DNA from: an uncultured Acidobacteriota bacterium
GTDB taxonomy: Bacteria > Acidobacteriota > Thermoanaerobaculia > Multivoradales > UBA5704
Direction: 5' to 3'
Assembly (NCBI GenBank): GCA_963700145.1
Contig: OY969474.1
Span: 1,216,001 to 1,280,000, forward strand
DNA: 64,000 nucleotides
Below, piece after piece: positions 1 through 9,079 of the stretch. The notes below the pieces were generated by a model. It saw only the letters and a program-made list of their open reading frames with translations. It ran no database searches and was not told the DNA's origin. The position numbers were made by a program, and so were the translations under genes. Position 1 is the stretch's first letter; every line of letters begins with the position of its first letter.

Positions 1-1050
1 AGTGAGCGCTGCTCTCGTTCCCTGCCACACGTGGAAGAAGCCCGGATAATGGGCGCTTAGGAGGCTCTGGAGGGTAACGCCACCCTTCTCCGCAATCTGC
101 TGCTTGAGGCGCGGCTCTTCCTCTTCATCCTCGCTCTCGGCCGGGCGACCGGTGCCGACGTATCCGAGTCCTCGGAGCAGATTGGCGTGGGCATAGATCT
201 CGATGCCCGGAAGAGTTTCAATTGTGAAGGCCAAGTCACTCAGTCTGGGAGATACGACAAGTGGATCGAACGCGAGGTAGGAGGCTACGAGTTCCGCAGT
301 GGCCCTCTGGAGATGGTCGGTCGGTCCGAGGATGCCATGAAGGTGCCGCCAGTCGAGCGTTGCCAGGGTGTCCTGCACGAAGCGGTCGATTACCGGCGCG
401 TCGCGAAGCAGTGCGTCCATATCAGCCCGTGTTGAGGCGATGCCCTCGTTGAACGCGGCTAATGTGGCGGTGGAGGGCTGCATCGCTTCGAGCCGGGCGT
501 GCACCGCTTCAGCGGCACCCTGGTAAGCCTGTACGCCCTCCGCGAGTCTCCGAATCTCGGGCTGCAGAAGCGCTGCTGTTCTCACGAGTTCAGCCCGGCT
601 CTCCATTTCCTCGAAAGCGGCAGATGCGGCCCGCTTCGCGGTAATCACCTCCTCGACTAGGGATCGCTCCATTAGCCGTCCGTAGTCACTGATCCGGTCG
701 AGCTTTTCAAGAGCGCCGGAGATAGCTCTCGTGCTGGCAATCGCCTCCTCGGCGAGGGATCGCCCCATCAGCCGCGCGCAATCCTCGGCCCGGTTGAGCT
801 CTTCAACGGCGCCGGAGACGAGTCTCGTGCTGGCAATCGCCTCTTCGGCCAAGGATCGCCCCATCAGCCGCGCGCAGTCCCCGGCCCGGTTGAGCTCTTC
901 AAGGGCGCCGGAGACGGCTCTCGTGCTGGCGATCGCTTCCTCGGCGAGGGATCGCCCCATCAACCGCCCGTGGTCCGTAAGCCGATTGAGTTCCTGAAAA
1001 GCTGCGGCAAGGGCTCCGCCGCCGAAAGAGTCTCGATAGCCGCCGTACAT
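1..1050 (-). CDS. Partial gene (runs off the left edge): N-terminal 32-aa tandem repeats followed by a putative pPIWI-associating-nuclease-like (pP_pnuc_1) C-terminal region
   Basis: Not in the ORF track; read manually. ATG at 1050 preceded by GGAGG, open with no stop to position 1. Translates MYGGYRDSFGGGALAAAFQELNRL...(RLMGRSLAEEAIASTRxVSGAxEELNR repeats)...LPGIEIYAHANLL...LQSLLSAHYPGFFHVWQGTRAALT. The family call is recalled similarity only. Confidence 0.7.
   Translation of the reverse strand, partial: MYGGYRDSFGGGALAAAFQELNRLTDHGRLMGRSLAEEAIASTRAVSGALEELNRAGDCARLMGRSLAEEAIASTRLVSGAVEELNRAEDCARLMGRSLAEEAIASTRAISGALEKLDRISDYGRLMERSLVEEVITAKRAASAAFEEMESRAELVRTAALLQPEIRRLAEGVQAYQGAAEAVHARLEAMQPSTATLAAFNEGIASTRADMDALLRDAPVIDRFVQDTLATLDWRHLHGILGPTDHLQRATAELVASYLAFDPLVVSPRLSDLAFTIETLPGIEIYAHANLLRGLGYVGTGRPAESEDEEEEPRLKQQIAEKGGVTLQSLLSAHYPGFFHVWQGTRAALT
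670..990 (-). repeat. Coding 96-bp (32-aa) tandem repeat, about 3.5 copies
   Basis: GTGCTGGC(A/G)ATCGC..GGATCGCCCCATCA recurs at 731, 827 and 923 (96-bp period), with a degenerate copy near 635-730. Confidence 0.9.
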
Positions 1051-1367
1051 GGTGCTGTCCTCCAGTTAACCCAGAGTACAACGAAGAGTTTCAAAGTCAC
1101 TATATCTTGGGCGGGCGCCCGCTGCAAGCACATTAGCTTGGGATGCCAGCTCAGGACCCCCGCACACGGCGGATCGCGGCGCGGCGCCCGCCTTGGGAGG
1201 CTCCAGCACTAGAAGTTAGGGAAGGTTTAAGGCCAAGGCGGCGCGGCCCTGGCAGAGGTCCGGGGGCGGCCTAGAGAAACCGCTAGCGTGGCGTTAGAGG
1301 GCTGGCGCAGCCCGCGCGTGGTAGGCCGTGCACACGAAACCACCGCTCCTTCCGCGTCTGCGCTGAG

Positions 1368-2684
1368 CTAGCCGCCGGGCACAGGAGCCGGTGCGGTGGC
1401 TTTGTCCAGCTCCCCGATCAGCGCGTCCGAGGCCGGGCGCTCCTTCTGCAGGCGCGCCGCCACCGTCTCGGCCTGCCGCAGCACCCGCAGCGCGTTCTCG
1501 CCGGCCAGCTTCTTGACGTCCCCCTCGCTCCAGCCGCGGCGGAGGAGCTCGGCCAGGAGCACCGGGTAGTCGGCCACGTCCTCCAGGCCGACCGGCACCG
1601 TCGTGATGCCGTCGAAGTCCGAGCCGATGCCGACGTGGTCGATGCCGGCCAGCCGCCGCGCGTGCTCGACGTGGTCGGCGACCTCGGCGAGCGTGGCGGG
1701 CGGCTCCGGGTTCGCCGTCCGCCAGGCCTCCAGCGCCGCCTTCGCCGCCTCCGGCTCGCCGGGGTGGAGGGCCTTGAAGCGCGCCTCGGCCGCGTCCTCC
1801 TCGGCCCACCACGCCCGCACCGCCTCGGAGAGGAAGCCCGGCACGAAGGTCACCATCACGACACCGCCGTTCTGCGGCAGCCGGCGCAGGACGTCGTCGG
1901 GCACGTTGCGCGGGTGGGCGTCGAGCGCCCGCGCCGAGGAGTGGGAGAAGACGACCGGCGCCGCGGCCGCGTCGAGCGCGTCGTGCATCGCCTCGGCCGA
2001 GACGTGCGAGAGGTCGACCAGCATGCCGAGGCGGTTCATCTCGCGCACCACCTCGACGCCGAAGGGCGAGAGCCCCCCGACCTTCGGCGCGTCGGTCGCC
2101 GAGTCGGCCCAGGCGGTGTTCTTCGAGTGGGTGATCGTCATGTAGCGCGCGCCGGCGGCGTAGAGCTGGCGCAGCACGGCGAGCGAGTCGGAGATGGCGT
2201 GCCCGCCCTCGACGCCGATCAGCGAGGCGACCTTGCCGGCGCGGTGGATGCGCTCGACGTCGGCGGCGGTGAGCGCCACCTCCAGCGCCTGCGGGTAGCG
2301 GGCGGCGAGGCGGTGGACGACGTCGATCTGCTCGAGGACGGCGACGGTCGGGTTGGCGATGTCGGCCGGCACGTAGACCGACCAGAACTGCGCCCCGACG
2401 CCGCCGCGCTCCAGGCGCACGAGATCGGTGTGGAGCGGCTTCTCGAGACCGCTCTGGTCCTGGCTCAGGTCGATGGCTGCGAGGTGGTTTTGGAAGCGGC
2501 TGCGCAGCTCCCACGGCAGGTCGTTGTGGCCGTCGACCAGCGGCACCTCCTCGAGGAGCGCGCGGGCCCGCGCCACCAGCTCCGCCGGCGGCGGCTGCCA
2601 CGCCGCCGCCCCGCCGTTCTGCGCCGCCGCGGCGCCCAGCCAACCCGCCGCCGCGATCGCTACCAGGACCACCGTCCGCCGCAT
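1368..2684 (-). CDS. Membrane dipeptidase (peptidase M19) with signal peptide
   Basis: VDGHNDLPW, GVEGGH, LVDLSH, FSHS and VGIGSDFDG motifs; ATG at 2684 with a GGAGG SD. Confidence 0.95.
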   Translation of the reverse strand: MRRTVVLVAIAAAGWLGAAAAQNGGAAAWQPPPAELVARARALLEEVPLVDGHNDLPWELRSRFQNHLAAIDLSQDQSGLEKPLHTDLVRLERGGVGAQFWSVYVPADIANPTVAVLEQIDVVHRLAARYPQALEVALTAADVERIHRAGKVASLIGVEGGHAISDSLAVLRQLYAAGARYMTITHSKNTAWADSATDAPKVGGLSPFGVEVVREMNRLGMLVDLSHVSAEAMHDALDAAAAPVVFSHSSARALDAHPRNVPDDVLRRLPQNGGVVMVTFVPGFLSEAVRAWWAEEDAAEARFKALHPGEPEAAKAALEAWRTANPEPPATLAEVADHVEHARRLAGIDHVGIGSDFDGITTVPVGLEDVADYPVLLAELLRRGWSEGDVKKLAGENALRVLRQAETVAARLQKERPASDALIGELDKATAPAPVPGG

Positions 2685-2756
2685 GCCGCCTCCTCCGCGC
2701 CTCGCGAGGCGCTCCGAGCCGGGCATTCTAGCCGGGAGGATCGGCGGCTACGACGA

Positions 2757-3200
2757 CTACTTCCGGACCGCCACCAGCGCGATCTCGACGCGCGCGCCGC
2801 GCGGCAGCGCGGCGACCTGCACGGTCGCCCGCGCCGGCGGCTCCGCGGGGAAGTAGGTGGCGTAGACCTCGTTCATCGCCGCGAAGTCCGCCAGATCGGC
2901 GAGGAAGACCTGCGCCTGGACGACCTCGCCCAGGGAGAACCCGGCGGTGGCGAGGACGGCCTTCAGGTTCTCGAGGGCGCGCCGGGTCTCCGCCTGGATC
3001 CCACCCGGGACCAGCTCGCGGGTCGCCGGATCGAGGCCGAGCTGACCGGCCAGGTAGAGCGTGTCGCCGGCGCGGAAGGCCTGCGAGTAGGGCCCGATCG
3101 CCTGCGGCGCCTCCGGAGTAGAGACCGGCCCCCAGGTGTGGACTTCGACCGTGCAGCCGGCAATCGTGAGCGCGAGAAGGAAGGCTGCTGGGAGATTCAC
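2757..3200 (-). CDS. RidA/YjgF/UK114 family enamine/imine deaminase with an N-terminal lipoprotein-like signal
   Basis: APQAIGPYSQA, LYLAGQLGLDP, MNEVYATYF, PARATVQVAALP and VEI motifs; the N-terminus ends in IAGC. Confidence 0.9.
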   Translation of the reverse strand: MNLPAAFLLALTIAGCTVEVHTWGPVSTPEAPQAIGPYSQAFRAGDTLYLAGQLGLDPATRELVPGGIQAETRRALENLKAVLATAGFSLGEVVQAQVFLADLADFAAMNEVYATYFPAEPPARATVQVAALPRGARVEIALVAVRK

Positions 3201-3211
3201 GGCCTTAATCG

Positions 3212-6109
3212 TTAGGGGACCGGGTGGAGTACATCGACGAAGACAATTCGCTGGATGAGGTCGTCAGACTCCGTTTCGTCGGACTTCAGTTCGAGATCGA
3301 TCCCGCGCTGGAAACGGCCGGGATCGATGCCGTGACTGGTGATGAGATAGCTCGACACTTCGTCGGCGCGGAGGTTGGCGAAACCTTCCGGTTTCTCTTC
3401 CTCGCCGGCGTCGCCTTGAGCGGTAACCCGAACGATTAGCTCGGAGTCTTTCTTCAGTATCTCCGCTACTTCGTCGAGGCTAGCCCTTGCAATATCGTCC
3501 AGATAGCTGCTGCCTTCTATGAAGTAGATCGTTGTCCTCTGGTATGTCGGCAGGGGTGGGGGTGGAACAGAAAAATATTGCTCCCAAGCGCGTATGTTCT
3601 CTTCGATAATGTCTAGATCGGCGCCCTCATCGTCCACCCGGTCGCCCATCGCGGCGATCCAGCTCAGTATTGTCGACATCTCTTCGTTAGATGCCAGCGT
3701 TATGATTTGCTCATAACGTTCCTGCAGTTCACGTACCCGGATCGCGCGCATTTCGGAGCTGGTTGGTTCAGATCTTGTTGTGGAGATTTCACCTGCCCCT
3801 GCATCCGCCGCAAGTGGAAGGGAAACCGTCGAGGATATGGGCGCAGGGCCCGTGGAGGGTGCAGTCTCTGTGCGGGAGATGGGAGGAGTCCCTTCAGACA
3901 AGGCACCTTCAGACGAGGCATTTCTCGACGGAGTGCCCTCAGACGAGGCGGACGCCACCTTGTCGGGAGGCAGCCCGCTCCGGTCCACCCACTCGAAGTT
4001 ACTGATCCCTAGAACGCCATCCTCCGGAGCGGCGTCACGCACGTAGTACCAGCTCCCGCGGGCGGACTCGGGCAGGTCGAGCGAAGCCGGCAGTCGCGGA
4101 AGGCGCTGAGTTTTGGCTCCTACGAGATCTTTCGGAACATCTCGCCACCGCGCATTGCCTACCACCCCGACCCGAACTGACCCCGTTCGTGCTCCCGGAC
4201 CGCGTAGCCGCAGTTCGTACCTCGTCTCCTGTCGGACCGACACCTCGCGGGTGAAGGCGGGCAAGGCATCCGGCAGCGCCACGACTGCTAAGAGGGCCGC
4301 CAGGAGCGCCGTTACGCTCGCCGTCCAGCCCGGAGATGGAAGACGGCGCCAACCGAGGGCGGTCCGGAATGCGCGGTCGCGGATCGGCAAGAGCACCTGC
4401 CGCCGAAGGCTTCGCGCCACCCAGCCCGATATGGGTGGCTCGAGCCCCGCGGCGCTCCGGACCGTCAGCTCCTCGACGGCATCCCCGACCAGGCCGGCCA
4501 GGGGGCCTTGCGCAAGATCGGCCAGCTCGGCCAGGGCCGTGGCCTCGCGCCCGGGAACTCGGATCTCCTGCAAGGCTCGGTCGAATCGCCAGCGCTCGTA
4601 GGCGGCAGTGCCAACCTGCGGTTCGGAGGCGGCGACAAGATCTGCGAGGAAGGCGTGGACTTCGCCGGATGCAGGGGGCAGGCCGAGAGACGCGGCGAGG
4701 GGCGGAGCCTCGAGCGCTTCGAACAAGGCCGCCGGGGGGACGTGGGGGCAGAAACGTTGGCGGAGCCGCTCCAAGAGGGTGGGATCCGGCCGGGGAGCCC
4801 GGGCTAGAAGCCAGCGGAGGCGGTCTATGTCGAGTGGAGTGACCGGACGGTCCGCGGCGGTGCGATAGGTCGCGCGGGACGGCGCGCCAGGGCGGCCGTG
4901 CCGGAGGTGACGGGCGACGGCGAGAAGGCCCTCGGCGGTCATAGGCCAGATGGGAGTCTTCAGCACCTCCGGCCGACGCAGCACCGAATGCCAGGAGCCG
5001 GGGTCGCCCACTGGGTGCAGCCAGGCACGATGCGGCCAGGCCGCGAGCTGCTCGACCCACGGTGCGACCTGCCCCTCCCAGCCGCGGAGAACGCCCGCTC
5101 CCGTGCTGATCACCAGCAGTGGGCTCAAGGCACGTAGCCGGGCAAGCTGTCGAAGCGAGATCTCGGGATCGCCGAGTGAACGGAACACGCGGTCGGCGTC
5201 GGCATGGAACTGCCAGCGGTCGAGGGGGGCGCCGCGCGCCGCGAGACCGGCGAGGAGCGAGGAGATGCGGCTTTGCAAGGGCGCCATCTCGGAGCCGATG
5301 TCCTCCAAGACGACAACCGGGGGCGCCACCGCGCGGGAGCGGAAAACTACGTGAGGGGCGAGCCCGGCGCGCAGGGTGTTTTGCAGCGTACGGTTGACGT
5401 CTAAATCGCCGTATCGAGGGGACATTGGGGTCCGCTGTCCCAGAAGGGCGGCCGCTTCCTCCAGAACCGCGGTCGAGAAGGGGGGTGTTATGTCCCCCAC
5501 CTCGATCTCGTACCCCTGGGGGTTAGGCAACTCTTCCAGCATTTCGTGCCAGCGCTGACGAGCGGCGCGCTCCGTCGCTCGCCGCAGGCGGACTCGGTAG
5601 AGCGCAAGCAGGAGGCCGCCCGCGATGCCGGCGGCGCCTGCCAGCACGCGCTTTCGATCAGGCTGGGGATAGGTGTCCGGGATCAGCGGTAGACGCTCTT
5701 TCCCGTCCGCCGGTGGCTCGCTGGGACGGGAAGCGATCGGCTGCGGCGGTGGTGGGTCGGGTCGCGGCCAGAGCCAAGCGCCGATGACGAGGCCGAGGGC
5801 AATGATCGCCGCGACCCCCAGGAGGGCCAGCCGGGGGAAGCGCCGCTCCTGCGGTTCCTCGGGGGGTGGGGGCGGCTTGGGTTCCTCGGCGGGCCGCAGG
5901 TACAACTCATTGAAGACCTCACGAACCTTTTCCACCTCCTCCGGACTGCGCGCTAGGAGGGCGGCGAGCGCGTCGCGTAGCGAGTCGACGTCCGTGTCAT
6001 CCCACCGCGAGAGGAGACGGGCCACGGCCAGATGTTCCCGCAGGCCGATGTCTAGCTCGCGCTCCTGAAGGAGCTTGAGGAGATCGGCCAGAGGCAGGGG
6101 CTTGACCAT
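3212..6109 (-). CDS. vWA (CoxE-like) component of a MoxR ternary system, with TM helices and a C-terminal OmpA-like domain
   Basis: Helical N-terminus; two hydrophobic segments; DLDVNRTLQNTLRAG, VVVLEDIGSEM, LLVISTG and WPHRAWLHP (vWA-like); a third TM; S/T/P-rich linker; TIYFIEGSSYLDDIARASLDEVAEILK...RADEVSSYLITSHGIDPGRF (OmpA C-like). Confidence 0.75.
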   Translation of the reverse strand: MVKPLPLADLLKLLQERELDIGLREHLAVARLLSRWDDTDVDSLRDALAALLARSPEEVEKVREVFNELYLRPAEEPKPPPPPEEPQERRFPRLALLGVAAIIALGLVIGAWLWPRPDPPPPQPIASRPSEPPADGKERLPLIPDTYPQPDRKRVLAGAAGIAGGLLLALYRVRLRRATERAARQRWHEMLEELPNPQGYEIEVGDITPPFSTAVLEEAAALLGQRTPMSPRYGDLDVNRTLQNTLRAGLAPHVVFRSRAVAPPVVVLEDIGSEMAPLQSRISSLLAGLAARGAPLDRWQFHADADRVFRSLGDPEISLRQLARLRALSPLLVISTGAGVLRGWEGQVAPWVEQLAAWPHRAWLHPVGDPGSWHSVLRRPEVLKTPIWPMTAEGLLAVARHLRHGRPGAPSRATYRTAADRPVTPLDIDRLRWLLARAPRPDPTLLERLRQRFCPHVPPAALFEALEAPPLAASLGLPPASGEVHAFLADLVAASEPQVGTAAYERWRFDRALQEIRVPGREATALAELADLAQGPLAGLVGDAVEELTVRSAAGLEPPISGWVARSLRRQVLLPIRDRAFRTALGWRRLPSPGWTASVTALLAALLAVVALPDALPAFTREVSVRQETRYELRLRGPGARTGSVRVGVVGNARWRDVPKDLVGAKTQRLPRLPASLDLPESARGSWYYVRDAAPEDGVLGISNFEWVDRSGLPPDKVASASSEGTPSRNASSEGALSEGTPPISRTETAPSTGPAPISSTVSLPLAADAGAGEISTTRSEPTSSEMRAIRVRELQERYEQIITLASNEEMSTILSWIAAMGDRVDDEGADLDIIEENIRAWEQYFSVPPPPLPTYQRTTIYFIEGSSYLDDIARASLDEVAEILKKDSELIVRVTAQGDAGEEEKPEGFANLRADEVSSYLITSHGIDPGRFQRGIDLELKSDETESDDLIQRIVFVDVLHPVP

Positions 6110-6121
6110 GCCAGCTCCCGT

Positions 6122-7012
6122 TCAGGCCGCGGGCGGCCTCACGCGGTGCTGGTCTTCCTGCACTTTGAGTAACGCGCAAATATAGGGGAGGTCGCGAAGC
6201 TCCCCCTCGAGCTCCCCATCGGTCACCCGCGCGTGGTGGAGGATCCGAGCCCAGGTCAACATTTCGCTGGTCGACGGTTCCTTGAGAAGTCCTGGGAATT
6301 CGCGGAGCGCGGTAAAACGTCTGACGATCCGCTCGGCTAGTGCCCGGGTCAGCTCCAGATGTCCCAGCCGCTCTTGCAGGATGGCGAGGAGACTGTGTTC
6401 GTCTGGCGGCTCGATGTGATGGAAGACGCAGCGACGCAGGAATGGATCGGGGAGCTGGCTCTCGCGGTTGCTGGTGATCACGACGACGGGACGATGGCGC
6501 GCAGGCTCCGCGATGTCCAGCTCCGGGATGCGGAGCTCCATGCGGTCGAGCGCGTTCAGGAGATCGTTCGGGAAGTCGCGTGGCGCCTTGTCGACTTCAT
6601 CGATGAGCACCACTTTGCGCTCCTCAGATCGGAACGCACGCCCGAGAGGACCGAGGCGTAGGTAGTTGCCGCGGTCGCGGGCGTGCGGATCGCTGACCTG
6701 CGCGTCGTAGAAGCGCTGCAGGTTGTCGATTTCATAAAGAAGGTCCCTCCCCTGATGGTCGCTGCGCACGGCAAAAACCTCGACGTCGCCGAGCTCAAGC
6801 TCCGCGGCGATCGAGAAGGCGAGCACGGTCTTGCCTGTCCCGGCCTTACCGGTGACGAGTAAAGGTTGCTCCACTGCCAGGGCGGCGTTGACGGCGTTGA
6901 CCAGCGCTGGGGAGGCAAGATAGCGGCCGCGCTCGCCCGGTGTGGGGACAGACCGCCCGTCGCGAGTGGTGCCGTTACCCCGATACTGCCGGAACTCGGG
7001 CATCTGGCTCAT
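6122..7012 (-). CDS. MoxR-family AAA+ ATPase
   Basis: PLLVTGKAGTGKT (Walker A), VVLIDEVDKAPRDFPNDLL (Walker B), ITSNRESQLPDPFLRRC; ATG at 7012 overlaps the upstream stop (ATGA). Confidence 0.93.
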   Translation of the reverse strand: MSQMPEFRQYRGNGTTRDGRSVPTPGERGRYLASPALVNAVNAALAVEQPLLVTGKAGTGKTVLAFSIAAELELGDVEVFAVRSDHQGRDLLYEIDNLQRFYDAQVSDPHARDRGNYLRLGPLGRAFRSEERKVVLIDEVDKAPRDFPNDLLNALDRMELRIPELDIAEPARHRPVVVITSNRESQLPDPFLRRCVFHHIEPPDEHSLLAILQERLGHLELTRALAERIVRRFTALREFPGLLKEPSTSEMLTWARILHHARVTDGELEGELRDLPYICALLKVQEDQHRVRPPAA

Positions 7013-8361
7013 GCTCCCTCCTCGGCGGAACACAGCCGCTCCGCGATACGCGCCAGTATGTCGGCCGAATGGTGAGCGCCTTCCAGGACGTCCCGCACAA
7101 GCTCCGTCGTCTCGTTAACCTGGGCTTTGGGCAACGACTCGGCCCAGGACTCGACGTGTTTGCGGGTGATGGGTTTGAGAGGCGGTAGCAGAAAGACCGG
7201 AAGCCGCTCATGAGCTACAGCGCGGAGCTCGTGGAGTGCCTTCTTGGTCTCCTGCGGTGTGGATTTCGGCGCCAGAGGCGACGGCGACCAGTCGACGCCC
7301 TGGACTGCTTTGAGCACGCCGCGCGTGGCGCCCAGCTCCCCCAGCAGCTCCGGCAGCCAGCGGGAGTAGTAGAGCACCAGCGCCTCGTCCCGCAGGCGTG
7401 CCGGTATCACGGGCCGATGCACGAGAACAAGATTGCCGTCGCGCAACCAGAGGCGAAGGGCGTCTTTCAGCGCAGCCTTCTCCGAGGTCTGGCTGCGCAG
7501 TGCCTGAGCCAGGGCGCGGTAGAACTCGTCCTTGTCACGAGGGATCTTTGCCCCCCAGAATACTTTTCGAATGCGCCTCTCCGGCTTGTCCGGGAAACAC
7601 TCTTCGACCGTGTCCAGAAAGTAGTTGTGCCCCTCGCCCCGACGCCCGACGACAAACAAGGCCTCGTGCTCCGTCTTAGCGGCGTGGGTCTCGATCTTCA
7701 TCCACTGCTCGGTGCGGTCGCAGCCCCACACCGCTCGCCCTGGCCCCCAGCGGGCGATCCTGGCGGCGCGCCACTCCTCTTCCGCCGGCGTCCCGGGCAG
7801 CAGAGCCACACCAGAGCCTCCGTCGACTTCTCGGCACGCCTCACGCCCCTTTCTGTCCCACTCCTCTCGCTTGCCAGGTTCCTTCTCCCGAAGGCCGCAG
7901 CAGAGTCGCCAGAACCGTGAGAAGTCCGATTCCTGCTCGTCGTGCCACGAGATGTGCAGATGGCCAAGAAAGTCGATCGGGATCTGGCCCGGGGTGAGGG
8001 GGGAGCGCAACACGGCGATTTTGCGTCGCGCAATTTCCTGGCCGAAGATGAGCACCTCATAGCTGCTCCACTGGCTTTGGAGCGAATTCTCACTGAGCAC
8101 GAACACGGCCTGTGCGCTGCCCAAGAGAGCCTGATAGATCTGGTCCTGGACCGAACCACCAGCCCGCATGCGCTCCTCGTCAAGCCAGACGAGAAACCCC
8201 GCCGCCTCGAGCCTTTTCCTCAACCAAGTGACGAATTCGCGATCTTCGTGGGCGTAGCTGATGAAGACGTCGTAGCGGAGAGAGCGGAGACCGACTGGAG
8301 CGGAGTTGTCGCCAAGCACGGCAAAGATGAATTCTACTGTAGCGGAGGGCTTGCTCTCCAT
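7009..8361 (-). CDS. TIR domain fused to an inactive-STAND (iSTAND)-like domain
   Basis: YDVFISYAHEDREFV, VWLDE and SLQSQWSSYEV (TIR with a catalytic-position Glu); C-terminal CDRTEQW...LFVVGRRGEGH degenerate P-loop region. Exact start uncertain. Confidence 0.8.
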   Translation of the reverse strand: MESKPSATVEFIFAVLGDNSAPVGLRSLRYDVFISYAHEDREFVTWLRKRLEAAGFLVWLDEERMRAGGSVQDQIYQALLGSAQAVFVLSENSLQSQWSSYEVLIFGQEIARRKIAVLRSPLTPGQIPIDFLGHLHISWHDEQESDFSRFWRLCCGLREKEPGKREEWDRKGREACREVDGGSGVALLPGTPAEEEWRAARIARWGPGRAVWGCDRTEQWMKIETHAAKTEHEALFVVGRRGEGHNYFLDTVEECFPDKPERRIRKVFWGAKIPRDKDEFYRALAQALRSQTSEKAALKDALRLWLRDGNLVLVHRPVIPARLRDEALVLYYSRWLPELLGELGATRGVLKAVQGVDWSPSPLAPKSTPQETKKALHELRAVAHERLPVFLLPPLKPITRKHVESWAESLPKAQVNETTELVRDVLEGAHHSADILARIAERLCSAEEGA

Positions 8362-8401
8362 GGATGCATAGTCATTTCGCCATGCAGCTGCCTTCGAGCT
8401 C

Positions 8402-9076
8402 TCATGCCAGCAGCCGTGGCCCGACGGCCTGGACGACCAGGTCGGCGGCGAAGTGCGCGGCGATGGCGGCCTCGATCCCCCAGCGCCAGTAGACGAGCCC
8501 CAGGAAGCCGCCGGCGACGCCGTTGAGCAGCAGGACGGCGGCGATCAACGCCGCCGACACCTGCGTCGCGGCCAGCCAGGCCGGGACGTGCGCGCCGGCG
8601 AAGGCGAGAGTGGAGACGAGGTTGGCGATCCCGACCTGGAGCGGCGTCGCGGCGACGGGCCCCCGGCGCCAGGCGCGGGCGGCGAGCCAGACGACGAGCG
8701 TGAAGAGGAAGAGGCGGAAGACCAGCTCCTCGAGGACCGAGGCCTCGACGGCGAGGGCGAGCGGCATCCAGGCGGGCGCCTGCGCGCGCGGCCGCAGCCG
8801 GGCGGCGAGCGCGGGCTCCAGCGGCACCAGCGCGTAGACGAGGACGGCCAGGACGACCGCGCCGACGAGCGCGCCGAGGACGAGCGCGGCGGCGAGGCGC
8901 CCAGGCCGCACGGGCGGCCGATGCCCGAGGCGGCGGGCCATGGCGAGGCCGAGGACGATGAGGACCGCGCCGGCGGCGAGCGCCGCCGCGAAGGGCCCCG
9001 GCCGGATCGGACGCGGGCTCGCCACCCAGGCGGCGACGCCGAGGAGCCCGAAGAGGACGCCGGCGGTCCTGGCCAA
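8402..9076 (-). CDS. CPBP/Abi (CAAX protease-like) intramembrane glutamic endopeptidase
   Basis: EELVFR, FAGAH and YWRWGIEAAIAAH motifs; multiple TM segments. Confidence 0.88.
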   Translation of the reverse strand: MARTAGVLFGLLGVAAWVASPRPIRPGPFAAALAAGAVLIVLGLAMARRLGHRPPVRPGRLAAALVLGALVGAVVLAVLVYALVPLEPALAARLRPRAQAPAWMPLALAVEASVLEELVFRLFLFTLVVWLAARAWRRGPVAATPLQVGIANLVSTLAFAGAHVPAWLAATQVSAALIAAVLLLNGVAGGFLGLVYWRWGIEAAIAAHFAADLVVQAVGPRLLA

Positions 9077-9079
9077 GGC

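Noticed and set aside
187-435. Short plus-strand ORFs at the left edge
   Set aside because: Antisense to the longer minus-strand gene starting at 1050.
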